Assembly (NCBI GenBank): GCA_047495785.1
Contig: JBLDXI010000024.1
Coordinates: 2,294,001-2,358,000, forward strand
Reading direction: 5' to 3'
Length of the DNA: 64,000 nt
From: Lepidodermella squamata
Taxonomy: Eukaryota; Animalia; Gastrotricha
Below, in pieces: positions 13,601 through 24,700 of the stretch. Positions within the stretch are counted from its first letter, which is position 1, and the number at the start of each line of letters is the position of its first letter. The notes under the pieces were generated by a model that saw nothing but the letters and a program-made list of their open reading frames with translations, was not told the DNA's origin and made no database searches. A program made the translations under genes and the position numbers.

Positions 13601-13974
13601 ACGATCACCATTGGCTATGCATCTCATAGAAAATTTCTTGAAATTGAAACAGCTTCGCGCAGACTGTAGACAGTACATGAAATTGAATACGGCAAAAATG
13701 GAAAGGGAAAATCCTTACCCCGGAACTACAAGAGGCGAAAGTCGGCCGCTTGCCTCCCAACTGAATCAAAATAAAACAAGAAATTAATAATGTTTTATTT
13801 ATGAATTTATCGTGAAGTCACCTGAATTTCATCTAGAAATGAACACTGGGCTTTGCAACCCATGAACTGATCATTCAATCGTGAGACGCATCGCCTGAAA
13901 TCAGCGTTCGCGAAACAATTCAAGTAGATGTTTGCGACGAAAACTACAGCGATCAAGTTAAAAGCGGAAGCCAT
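10631..13974 (-). pseudogene. Cys-rich/LamG-like/trypsin protease copy 1; internal deletion predicts a premature stop
   Basis: Signal peptide and paralogous exons present; triad AGHCC / NDFCL / GDSGGP intact. The exon CRVYLPFD...CLFYR found in copies 2-4 is missing, and the frame stops at 12598-12600. Confidence 0.65.
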
Positions 13975-14752
13975 TCTTTTTATTTAAAAATTATAGACTG
14001 GAGATGCCGAACGGGTTCGTTGCGGCGAGTTATGTATGCTGCTCATTCAGGGCGCAGCAATCCATTGTCCCGCACCCAGCACGAGTCTAACTCGATTGCT
14101 ATATTTATTAGAAAAGCACTTTTTATGCGCTGGTTTCTAGTTCATCTCGCTTTTCCGTTTTCCGGCCTTTGACCTTAATGTACTACTAAAACATGACCTA
14201 ATTAAATCTGACCACTATACACCTTATTCATCATTCGCATACTGTAATATTTTTTATAGAATGAAAAATATCAAGTTTTCGAGGTTAAACTTTCCTACAA
14301 AACGCCCCGACATTAAAAAATAATCGCTCCTCCTTAAGGAATTCAAGTTATTCAGTTGGCTTAGTAATCACAGCAGTTCACAGTTGTAGTTCTCCCGTAA
14401 TTGTTACGTGGTGCCAATTTCTAAACTAAAAGCGGCTACAGCTACACTTGGGAACAAAATAAAAGAATTGATCGCTTCAAAACTTTTTTCGCCTCCCATT
14501 CTCGCAGCCAACTCAAGATCGAGCGCCGTATGTTATGATAATTTATTTAGGCAATAAACAGCGACAATTAACCATTCGCAGGAATATACAATTTGGTTCC
14601 GCTAAAATTACCTTTAGGATCATCAAAATATAAATCCTTTTCGTTGTTTACAGGAACATCGCAAAACTTGTCACAAGACTTTTCACAACCAAAAACCTTA
14701 AAGATATATCGCACGAATCGATTGAATAAATACAGTCAAATGCAAAGTCCTG

Positions 14753-17700
14753 TCACACGGATACATAGGACTTGATCCAGTCTAGGACTTGGCAAACATC
14801 AGCATAGACGCCGGGATATCGGGGCTCGGCACATCCATAACCGCCTGAGGTAAGACCCTGCAGAACGAAATAGCCATTTTTGAAGCAGCCGATAGGTCCG
14901 CCTGAATCACCATTGCACGCATCCATCCCTCCCTCGCCATCATAGCCAGCACAGAAGGACTTCATATCTGCCAACGTGCCACTTTCGAGACCGTAACGCT
15001 GCTCACATTTCGAACCTTCAACAATTGGTACAAGTGCGTTGAACTGGCGCTTCGCCATTTCGGCGATGTAACTTGTACCGCCATAACCAGATATCAAAAG
15101 CAAATCGCCAACCGAGCAAGCATCAGCGCAGCTGCTTGGAAGACAGATTTGTTTAATAGCCCAGGTATCAAGTGGTATCTGCTCGGAGGCTTCCATGAGA
15201 CAAAAATCGTGAGAAAAGGTTGCATCATTGAACAAAGGATGGATAATTTTCTGAGCAGCTTTTCGCACTGTGCTATAGAGCGCGACGGTCTCATTTAGGC
15301 TACCTTGCCAACCGCTATTGCCACCAAGCAATACCAATGTTTCCCTGTGGAAATTAAAACCAGTTAATTACTCGTCTGATTGATTGATTAGCTTACAGGA
15401 TTGGGTTTGTTGAATAACAGCAGTGGCCTCTATCATACGAAAATACGATTTTCATTTCTTAAAAAAATGATAAACGTTACGCAGTTAGAAGCCATCGATC
15501 ATTCAGGACAACTGCGCCGCACTTGAACGTGACATCTTCGAATACAATAAGCATGAGAGCCTAATAAAGAATTGAGAAGCCTCTTTGGAATCGAGATGGA
15601 AATCGCTTACCTGCCATGGGAATTCATTCTCAGCCGATTCAGTGCCGCCGACGATTCCAAGCAGCGTCGGCCGCAAATCTTCGACAGTCTTCCAATATTT
15701 ACTGTGGCCGCAGGAGTTGTATGGGCTGGGTCGAGGCTGCGTATCGCTGTAGCGCGGGCGTGATGTCAATGGTGGCGGGATGAGGCCGGCGTTTTGAAGC
15801 GCAACAGGTCCAGCGTAATGCGCGTCAACTTCAAAGGCTGTCATAGCGAAATCGCAGATCAGAACTTCGTCGATGTGGCCAACAAAATCGGCCGAACCGA
15901 TCTGGTAGGGGCAATTAGACACGAAAACCGAGCCATTTGACGCATAATCTCGAGAAATCACCTATGATAGACAAGAAGGGGCATACAAAGATTGAGCATG
16001 CGAACAGGCTCACATCGTTTTCATAGATGCTGACAGTCCCATCTGCCACCACAACGCAAATTTGCGCATAAAATTCCCCAGTTAACGAATCGAGAGCAGC
16101 GACAGATGTATGATTGACGCTAAAAGCTGGTTGGAACAATGTAGATAGCACTTGATAGGACAAACTCGAGTCTTCGTTTTTTGACACGTGGGAAATCGAT
16201 AGTGGGACTTCCGAACCCCCATAGCACTTGCTGTTGGAAACCAGATTGGCTGGGAAAGAGCCATCGGGCCTTATACAGGTACAGGTATTAGAAAAAGGGT
16301 ATTGTTCTGAGATTTATACCTGTAAAACAGGCATATCGAGTATTCATTGCCGTAGCTGAGAACGTTCGGAATTTCGATCATGCTTCCATTCAGAAAAAGC
16401 GAGCTCCTCCCACGAGCTGAAGTTGAGTTGTCAATTGAGAAATCGCCGTAGCCAAAAGTTGCCGCCGGAGAAATCGAGTGGTCTTTGATATCGCTGTCGA
16501 ATGGCAAGTACACGCGGCATTGACGGCTACCTTGAGCAGGCTGGATAAAAATTTCATTTCCAATCTGATACATCATCTATTATAGCTGACCTTTAAAGCA
16601 GCGAGGTACGTGAGGCAATCAGCATAATTGGCGCCAAAGTCTTTTTCGGAAGAGAATGCTGTCACCTGTAAACGATATTTGATTACTCGACTTGGAATTA
16701 CAGTAAAAAAATTGTATACCAAAGTCATCGTTGGTTTGCACTGTCCTCTGCATATGTAACCAGCGGATGACTTGCACAACGCTGCAGGCTGGGATGAAAA
16801 AATTAAGGTATAGAAAAGGTGTGAACGAATATGAAACTAACACCAATTGAACAATGGGCTCTATCGACGTAGACACCACAGCTATAATTCTATAAAGATA
16901 TTTTAAAAGCAGAGGATGGGACACAACTTTCTCCAACCTTACCCCTATTTCGCCAGAGCCGCATCCTTTCGAGTTTAGCTTACAGCCGGCAAAAGAACGA
17001 TCGTACTCTGAGAAACAGCGTAGGTGAGGCAAGCGATCTGCTGTTGCAACTAAAATATAAAAAACAGCATTTAACCTGATTTTGAAGACATCAAAGTTAC
17101 CGCCATTATTATTTAAGCATTTTTCCATGGTTTTGGCAGCCGTTGCCCAGCGCTTCAAACAATATAGCTCAAAATATACTAGCAAGAGAGAAATCCTTAC
17201 CATTTCGCGTGGGCAATTAATCGGAAGCGGATAACAAGCTGAATTGCCCAAATAATCCTGGCACAACTTCGCCGAACGGTCCTTCATACAACAAATTAAG
17301 AGTTCGGGGCGTTGAAAGGTTATTCTCGTACAAACCATGAGATTAATCGCCAGTTGTCGGCAGACTTCGTATGGTTGGCTGAATATCTTGCCGATAAAAC
17401 TGTGGTACTGAAATTTCAAAGGCAACAAGCGCAATTACAGTAAAATGAAAGAAAGAAAAATGAACGAAAAAGAAAGGTATTACCGGAACTTCATCAGTGA
17501 AACAGCTTTCACCGTAAGGGGTGCACCTCACGGAAAATGTCTTGAAATTGTAGCAGCTTTGAACAGACTGTTAACAAGGATTCATCATTATTTCAGTATT
17601 TTTTATATCAAAATCCTTACTCCGAATTCGCAAGATGCTAGTGTCGATTGCGGTCGTCCAAACTGAAATCAATTTCGGTAATAAACGGTCATACATTTCA

Positions 17701-17859
17701 ATGGGTTTAAGGAGTAACCTGAGTTTCATTGAAGGGTGAACAAGCTAATTTGCACCCCGCAAATCGAGAATTCAATCGTGATATGCATCGCTTGTAATCA
17801 GCGTCGATCGAATTCGTGAAAACAAACAGCACTATAGCAAAGCTGATACATGAGAACAT
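14753..17859 (-). CDS. Secreted trypsin-like serine protease with N-terminal Cys-rich modules and a LamG/pentraxin-like domain, copy 2
   Basis: Signal peptide, IVGG...FPWQ, LTAGHCC, HDFCL, DACNGDSGGP; LamG-like IGS..F.GHIDEVLI motif; about 15 small exons. Confidence 0.85.
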
Positions 17860-18434
17860 TTTTTCATGTCAAAAAAATTGAAAAAATTTGAACCACAAGT
17901 TGGGTTGTAGTTGAGAAACCCATTCTTACGACGCATTGTCATATATGTGCATTGGCAACACTGTAACGGACAGGAAACTAACGATGTATTTTTTATTTAG
18001 ATGATTCGAGCTGAAAATGTTAAAAGCATATAGCATGCGACCACTTGTTTGACCATCCAACAGCCATTATAAACTGAAATTTTCTTTTAAATCGAAAGCG
18101 AAAATAATAAACCCCTTCCAAAAATGTTGCATATCAACAAGACTTTTAGCTCTCAATTAAATGAGCCCATTAATTGTCTCGATATTCGGATCTCATGAAT
18201 AATTTTATCATTTCTTTTTCAGAAAAGTCCTACTATATTATATGACGATTTTCGGCTGGCTCGCTCCTTCAAACAAATTCAGAAAATCCAGAAAATTTCG
18301 AGAATTTTCAAAATTAAAAGATACCAGGCCAGATTTATTCGTTTCATGTTTATATTCGTTGTCAGTAAATGAGTTCAAAATCAGGGTATGAATCATAATT
18401 TTTTAAAACACCTGGATTAAGGTGAATTCGAACA

Positions 18435-18506
18435 GCCCTTGTGGCCTAATGGCAAGGCGTTGGACTTCTAATTCAAAGATTGTGGGTTCGAGTCCCACCA
18501 GGGGCG
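18435..18506 (+). tRNA. tRNA-Arg(TCT)
   Basis: Matches the copy at 7773-7844. Confidence 0.92.
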
Positions 18507-18578
18507 AAATACTTTTTGTAGTCACCCTACTTCGATTTTCCTTTAAGAAATTGTGAAAAATTCGAATAAAAAATATTG

Positions 18579-18650
18579 CACCCCCGGCGGGACTCGAACC
18601 CGCAATCTTCGGCTTAGGAGGCCGACGCCTTGCCATTAGGCCACAAGGGC
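18579..18650 (-). tRNA. tRNA-Arg(CCT)
   Basis: Matches 7912-7983 except that the 5' acceptor strand is GCCCTTG. Confidence 0.9.
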
Positions 18651-19222
18651 TGCTGATATCTAGTCACCCTCGTGATCAGGATCTAGCTCGAATCGATTAT
18701 AGCCTATAGCCTGATTGCAAAATAGTAGCTCCTGCGGCGATTCTTCGATTCTTCGCGATCCCCACATGTTAATGCTAGTATTTTCAATTTTTACTTTTTA
18801 TTTCATCTTAAGGGAGCCTGATGGTCCCCATTTGCAAATATAAGCATATTCGTGAAGTGCCGAATTCGCGCTTATCGGGGTGTAAGTATAATATTAACAA
18901 CATTCATTACTTTAATTGTGAATATTGATAGTTGAGCTATTGCAATAATTTTTACGATAATTCATTTTTTGTGGACTTCATTCCATGCTGTTTTTATCGA
19001 ATGAGCCGAGGAATTATGATCGTCTTCTCACATGAATAATTTCTCGTTTTTTTCAGAAAATTGTTATTCGGCAACGATTCGACAACTTAAATATTATTCT
19101 GCCTCGATTAGCCTCAACAGAAAAACTGAAAACATGTGAACAAATATCAGGCGAATTTTATCCATTTAATTTTTATTTTCGTTGTCAATAATTGAGTAAA
19201 AATCAGGGGTTTTATAGTCGAT

Positions 19223-22200
19223 TTACATGTAGGCCAGCAGTGCGAAGCAGAAAATGGTCAGTGCAAGGTAAGCCGAGTTGAATAGGCTGCGATGCGAGGC
19301 CTGTTCGTTGCTCGATGCGTTGTAGTCACGTTCGACGTGCGCGAACAAGGCGAGCGGCGCACCTGTGCCCCGTTGCGACCGCAAGTACACGAGTAAGCAC
19401 TGCCCGACCGGGTTCATTGCACGTGGCTGGTGGTTCTTTGGCACGGCGGCTGTTGTAGCACTCTCGGCCGCGCGCCGACCCGTCGCATCAGGGAACCAGT
19501 CGAAGTTGCCAACATTTTCGAGGCCGAGAACGTTGTTGCGAGCGAGAATCACGTGGGTGGCTAAGTCTGACGAATTGCCGCGATCTGTGCTTAGGGTATC
19601 TATGCCAACAGCCGAAACACGCCGATTCTGCAAGAAAACGATAATTTAACCCATTGCGTGAAAGCAATAATCCGAATGTCTGAAATTAGGTCATTTCTCT
19701 CAGTTTAAAAAAATTAAAATCAATTGATCGCGATAAGATCTCGCTTCAAGTTGTAAACTAAAGCAGTATATGTAAGAAGCGCCGCTAGTGTAACGGTATC
19801 ATACAAGATTCCCATTCTTGTGACCCGGGTTCGACTCCCGGGCGGCGCACTCATTTTTACTAGGAAACAGACCCAAGTCAAACAATTTTTTAAAACACCT
19901 AGATTATGGTGAATTCGAACAGCCCTTGTGGCCTAATGGCAAGGCGTTGGACTTCTAATTCAAAGATTGTGGGTTCGAGTCCCACCAGGGGCGAAATACT
20001 TTTTGTAGTCACCCTACCTCGATTTTCCTTCTAAAAATCGAGAAAAATTCGGGAAAAATATTGCACCCCCGGCGGGACTCGAACCCGCAATCTTCGGCTT
20101 AGGAGGCCGACGCCTTGCCATTAGGCCACAGGGGCTGCTGATGTATAGTCACCCTCGTGATCGGAATTTATTGTTTGAATCGATAACAGCCTGATTGCAA
20201 AAACATTTGCTCCTGGCGAGGCTCGAACTCGCGACCTTCGCATTACTCAGCTTGCATGCTTGCACTGCTTATAACAGCGGTTCTCATGAGGGGGTTTGCG
20301 ACCCAAAATTGGGTCGCAGAGGCTTTTCTGATGGGTCGCTAGGTGGACCGCGGGTCGCATGGGTCGAAAGGCAAAAACATGTAAAAAACTAAATAAATGA
20401 TGAGTGATGAGATAAAAGTGGAAAAATTACATATTATCGAATTTTCCAGTGCTATAGAACATGCTTTTTCAACACTTTCAGCTCTGAAACTTAACTTTAG
20501 CCTACTGTTTAGTCAATTTTAACAGGTTTTGGAGCGTTTTTTAATGAAAAATCTTCAAAATGTCCTCGTTTATTGGTTGAAATCAGGGCGTTGACAGAGT
20601 GGGGGGTGGGGGATCGGGAATAAAACACCCCCAAAGAATTCCTGAAAGTGGTCTCCAACTACAATTTTCCTATGAATCCTCCATATTTTACTGCATTTTA
20701 AGCCCATTTTCGGGTTAAAAATGCCAAAAAAGCGTCAGCTAAAGCTCGCTTCGCTCGCGAGCCCGAGGGTGAAAACTTATCACCCCCAAAAAAATATCCT
20801 GGCTACGCCACTGGTTGAAATCACTAGTCATTTTGGGTAATATATAGCACACAATTATTTTCAGCCTGGACGGCTGCAGGATCCATGTTCCAAGCGTTTC
20901 CAAAATTGATGCATATAAATAGTATAAAAAAGAAGAAAAATAAAAAAGGCACCCCCCAAAATTGAAAATTATAAGCGCCAGGGTCGCACAATTTTCTTGA
21001 AAACCACTTTTAGGGTCGGGAACTGCCCAGTCGTGAGAACCGCTGGCTTATAAGTACGACGCAATAACCGACTATGCTACAGGAGCACACAAGAAAATAC
21101 TTCGTTAGCAGGCTTAAGGCCAGAAAATTCGAAATGAAATTACAAAAAAAATTTCAAACATTAAACCATTCGAATATTTCAGAAAATTCAATTTAAATTG
21201 TCGACTTTTTTCACCAATATGGATAAAGAGAAATAGAATTTTTTCGGGTTTCGGTACTCAACTCAGTATCATAAATTTACCTTGATCAGCCATTCAATTG
21301 CATCAGGATCCAAACCCGGAAACGCGACTTTATTAGACAGCTTATCGAACTTGGAATATTTTTCAGGATTTCTCCAAAATCTGTGGTAACCGGTATCGAC
21401 GAGAACCAGGGCTCTTTCCGGAATTCGCCGGCCTGAAGCTCGCTCCCATTCTTCGAAAGCCGATTTCAGCACCAAGTGATTTTCCCTACTAGCGTCGACG
21501 ATTTGCTGAACTTTAATGCAAGGCACAAACGAATTTTCAATCGGTATTTGATCAGTCGACCACTTGTCATCGAATAAATGATAGGGTGAATCAACATGGC
21601 TACCGTAGTGGTCCAAAAACGTCACAGCTCCGGTTGATTTGTCGTATTTCGGCGGTGAATAGCCAGGATAAATCGCGATATCGCCCCAAAAATCGTGCGA
21701 TAGTACCTCGAGATGGCGGCCTTCACGCTTCGTTGAACCGCATAACGTAAATTTCGCCTCGTTCTTCTCGATGAGAATCAAATTCGCCAGCCTCGGCATT
21801 GGGTTTTCAATCACCTCTGTTTGATTTTCGCGATATGGATCGTGGATGAATAAATAACCCCAATAAGGCCTGGTTTGGTCCAAAAATTTCGGTTCAGCAA
21901 GGTTAGATATAACAACAACGCCATTTTCAACAAGAACTCGCTCGAGATTTTCGCTGATTTTCGAACTTTGAAACGACGCGATGACAACTCGATTTAGGCT
22001 GAATTCATCCAAAACCGATTTATCCACCTCTAGCAGCGAATTTCCGTTCGAAACGATGAAAATTGTTGGTTGAAAAGCGTTAAGGTGGGCTTTGTATTGC
22101 GAAATTTCCGCTTCAGTGATTTTGCCATTGTTATGCGTGATAAAAAATGTTGGTAGGCAACCGCGAGCTGTAAACAGAGTTGGCTTATTGCTAGTCGCTA

Positions 22201-22414
22201 CCGTTACACCATTATTCCGGGCTGATCTAAGGTACAGGGTGATGTAACTCGAAACGAGGCGACAACCAGCTGCTTCGTCCAACACCATGGCGGTTTTCGT
22301 ATCGATAAAAGCGCCGTTTGAAGCGTTCTGTAAAACGGATCCGAGCTCGTAAATCTCAATAGCCCTCGAATTTGACGTAAAGAAAATCGCAAAAAACGCA
22401 ATTTGCAGTAACAT
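19223..22414 (-). CDS. Cyclase-family metal hydrolase (kynurenine formamidase/isatin hydrolase-like) with signal peptide and hydrophobic C-terminal tail
   Basis: HYGSHVDSPYH (HxGT/SHxDxPxH), LVDTG, FPGL...AIEWL; second exon VGIDTLSTD, H..L, LENV, GTGAP. Intron 19628-21280 splices K|N in phase 0. Confidence 0.85.
19779..19849 (+). tRNA. tRNA-Gly(CCC)
   Basis: Matches 7631-7701. Confidence 0.95.
19922..19993 (+). tRNA. tRNA-Arg(TCT)
   Basis: Matches 7773-7844. Confidence 0.92.
20064..20135 (-). tRNA. tRNA-Arg(CCT)
   Basis: Matches 7912-7983. Confidence 0.92.
20275..21045. mobile_element. hAT (Buster/Charlie-type) MITE
   Basis: TIRs CAGCGGTTCTCA/TGAGAACCGCTG; 8-bp TSD GCTTATAA (20267-20274 and 21046-21053) with a central TA. 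Confidence 0.92.
20584..20813. mobile_element. Second hAT-like MITE nested in the first
   Basis: 8-bp TSD GTTGAAAT (20576-20583 and 20814-20821); imperfect TIRs CAGGGCGTTGACAG / CTGGCTACGCCACTG. Confidence 0.8.
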
Positions 22415-22769
22415 TACGGATTTTATTGACCCTTAAATCTAAAAAAAATTGAAAAATATTAATTTTACTGAAAATTGAGGAAAAATTAAAAATTGCAAAT
22501 TTTCTCAGAAATGTTCACTGTATAATATTTTCTATGAAAGGGAGCAAGGTCAGAAGTAATAATGATTGCGCATATTGATATTGTTTGTTCGATGTTCTGT
22601 TATAATAGTTACGCTTCAATGATTGCGAAGTGCAACACCAGGGCGCGTTTATTATTATTCATTTTCCTCTGCTCCTGCGATACCATGCAAAGCAAACAAA
22701 GGTAGCAATGAACCAAACAAACATGATGATGATGAAGGAAATGTAATAATAGTGTTCTGAGTAACTCCC

Positions 22770-24536
22770 ATGCAGATAATGAATATTTTAAGGTGGCTGC
22801 AAAACGCTGTTTTATGCCCATCGCGGCGGTTGGGTTTTATTTTCACTGGTCTTATAGCTATATTCAGCGTATTCACTCTCGTCGCTGTTGTAACATTCAG
22901 CCCGGTTTTACGTAAACAAGGCTTTTTATTATGGCCTATCGATAATTCCGACCTTGACCTGATTTTTGCGAATCGAACAAATTTCTTCGAAGGCGATTGC
23001 GATAATAATGGCGGAATTAAACCGAATTATTCGCAAGTTTGGCCAGATATCGATGTTATGGTACCAGTGGCGCCGAGTTGGTCGAGCATCGGCGAATTGA
23101 AACGACTTTTATTGCCATCATACGCGCTGTTCTGGCCAATCGCGCAATCTGGGTCACGGTTATTGGTAATTATCGATGAGGAGGAAGTCACGCAAGCGGC
23201 GAGGGGCAATGCGAGCACGAATGAATTGATCGAGAGTTTAAAAAAAGCACCCTGTTCGGCTACTGGGTTGCGATATTTACCGTTCAGATTTGCTCTGGAT
23301 TACCTGCCTCGAGGCGATATTGGATATTTGTTCATGTCAGGGCATAGCAGGTAATTTTGAGTTTTTCTCGAATTTTTTCGATTTTTGAACAAATCTGCAA
23401 CAATAAATTTGAGGTTCAAGCGCTAGTCTCAGCATCCTAAGCTTTGAAATAAATTTCTTATTTTTTTTCAATGTTGATAGTGATGCCCTTCGCAGATATA
23501 AGGGTTTAGGGTTTAGGGTGCATCCACTTGTATATATTTTTGAATTTATTAAATATTATTAAATTTTTCAATTTTTCAATTTTGAATCAATTATTATTAG
23601 CTTTAAAAATGTACTTAATTTTTTTTTATTAATCAGACAAATAACTCGAATTTTGAATTTTTAGACAACAATGGGTCGAATTTTGGGCCGACAACTTCAC
23701 GCAGGCTGAATTCGTCGGATTTGTGGACACAGACACGGTTTTCGTTACTCAAGTGGCTTATCCTGATCTTTTCGACTCAAACGGCCGCCCTATTGTTCGA
23801 CCTTTGTACGGCAAGCCAAGCAACGACTGGTGGTCTAAAGTGCCACAAGGAACCTACAACGCAATCGGCCGCAAAGGTAAAACAATCAAAATGTCCAAAA
23901 CTGGGTTAAAATTTTCGAATAATTATTTCAGAGCCATTTTCATGCATGACCTACTTCCCGATTATCATAAAAGTCGCTCACCTGGCGTTGATTCGCGAGC
24001 ACGTTCGCAGCCACCTTAAAACTCTCACATTCGACGACGCTTTTCTGAAGATAATTGCCGAGGGCGCATATTTCTCGCAGTTCGACATCATGTGCGCGTA
24101 TTTGTGGTACTACGAACGCGATAGCTACAACTGGGTCATCTCAGAGCGTGACCCTAAGTGGTGGGGCCCGGTGCCGGCCGGTCAGGTTGAAAGCATGGAT
24201 GAGGCCGGGTTCAAGCCACAACACGCACCCCGCCTCGCCGTTCACTGGTCCTACGAAGCTTTCAGCTTCAACTCCGAGGCTGTAAAAACAATTTTCGCAA
24301 CAGGGTTGTGTTATTCGATGCGTGACGAGGAGGCAGCTCGTTACGCGAAATGCGTGGATTTATTCAAAAATAGCTCGCGATACGACTCAGTCAACATATA
24401 TGAGTGGACATTTGAATGGTATAACCTGGCTCATGATCCTGAGGAATCGATCAAAGCGCATCGGGCGCGGCTCAAAACCAACGAAGCGTGGCCGTTTGAA
24501 CCTGAAGAGTATCTTGTTAAAAAGTACCTTGTTTGA
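22770..24536 (+). CDS. Type II membrane DxD (GT-A-like) glycosyltransferase-like protein, paralogue 1 (three exons)
   Basis: N-terminal TM segment; RQQW..FWADNFT, GFVDTD, CMTYFPII, SQFDIMCAYLWYY motifs shared with the ORFs at 39388 and 43589. Exons 22770-23350, 23665-23876, 23932-24536. Confidence 0.8.
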
Positions 24537-24700
24537 ATAAAATCCATGGCATGCTTCTATTATCGATTCTTTTCAATCAAATTATACGACAATAATAAGT
24601 GCAATATTTGATTGCATTTTTTTTGATCAGGTTAAAGTTTGGTGCTTTTAATTACGTTATCACAGGTCATGCTGTGCTTCTACTTTTGGGTTGAATAGCG

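Larger units (their letters stand above)
20208..21086 (-). pseudogene. tRNA-Ile(TAT) split by a MITE insertion
   Basis: 3' half at 20208-20274 and 5' half at 21046-21086, separated by a 771-bp element. Confidence 0.92.
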
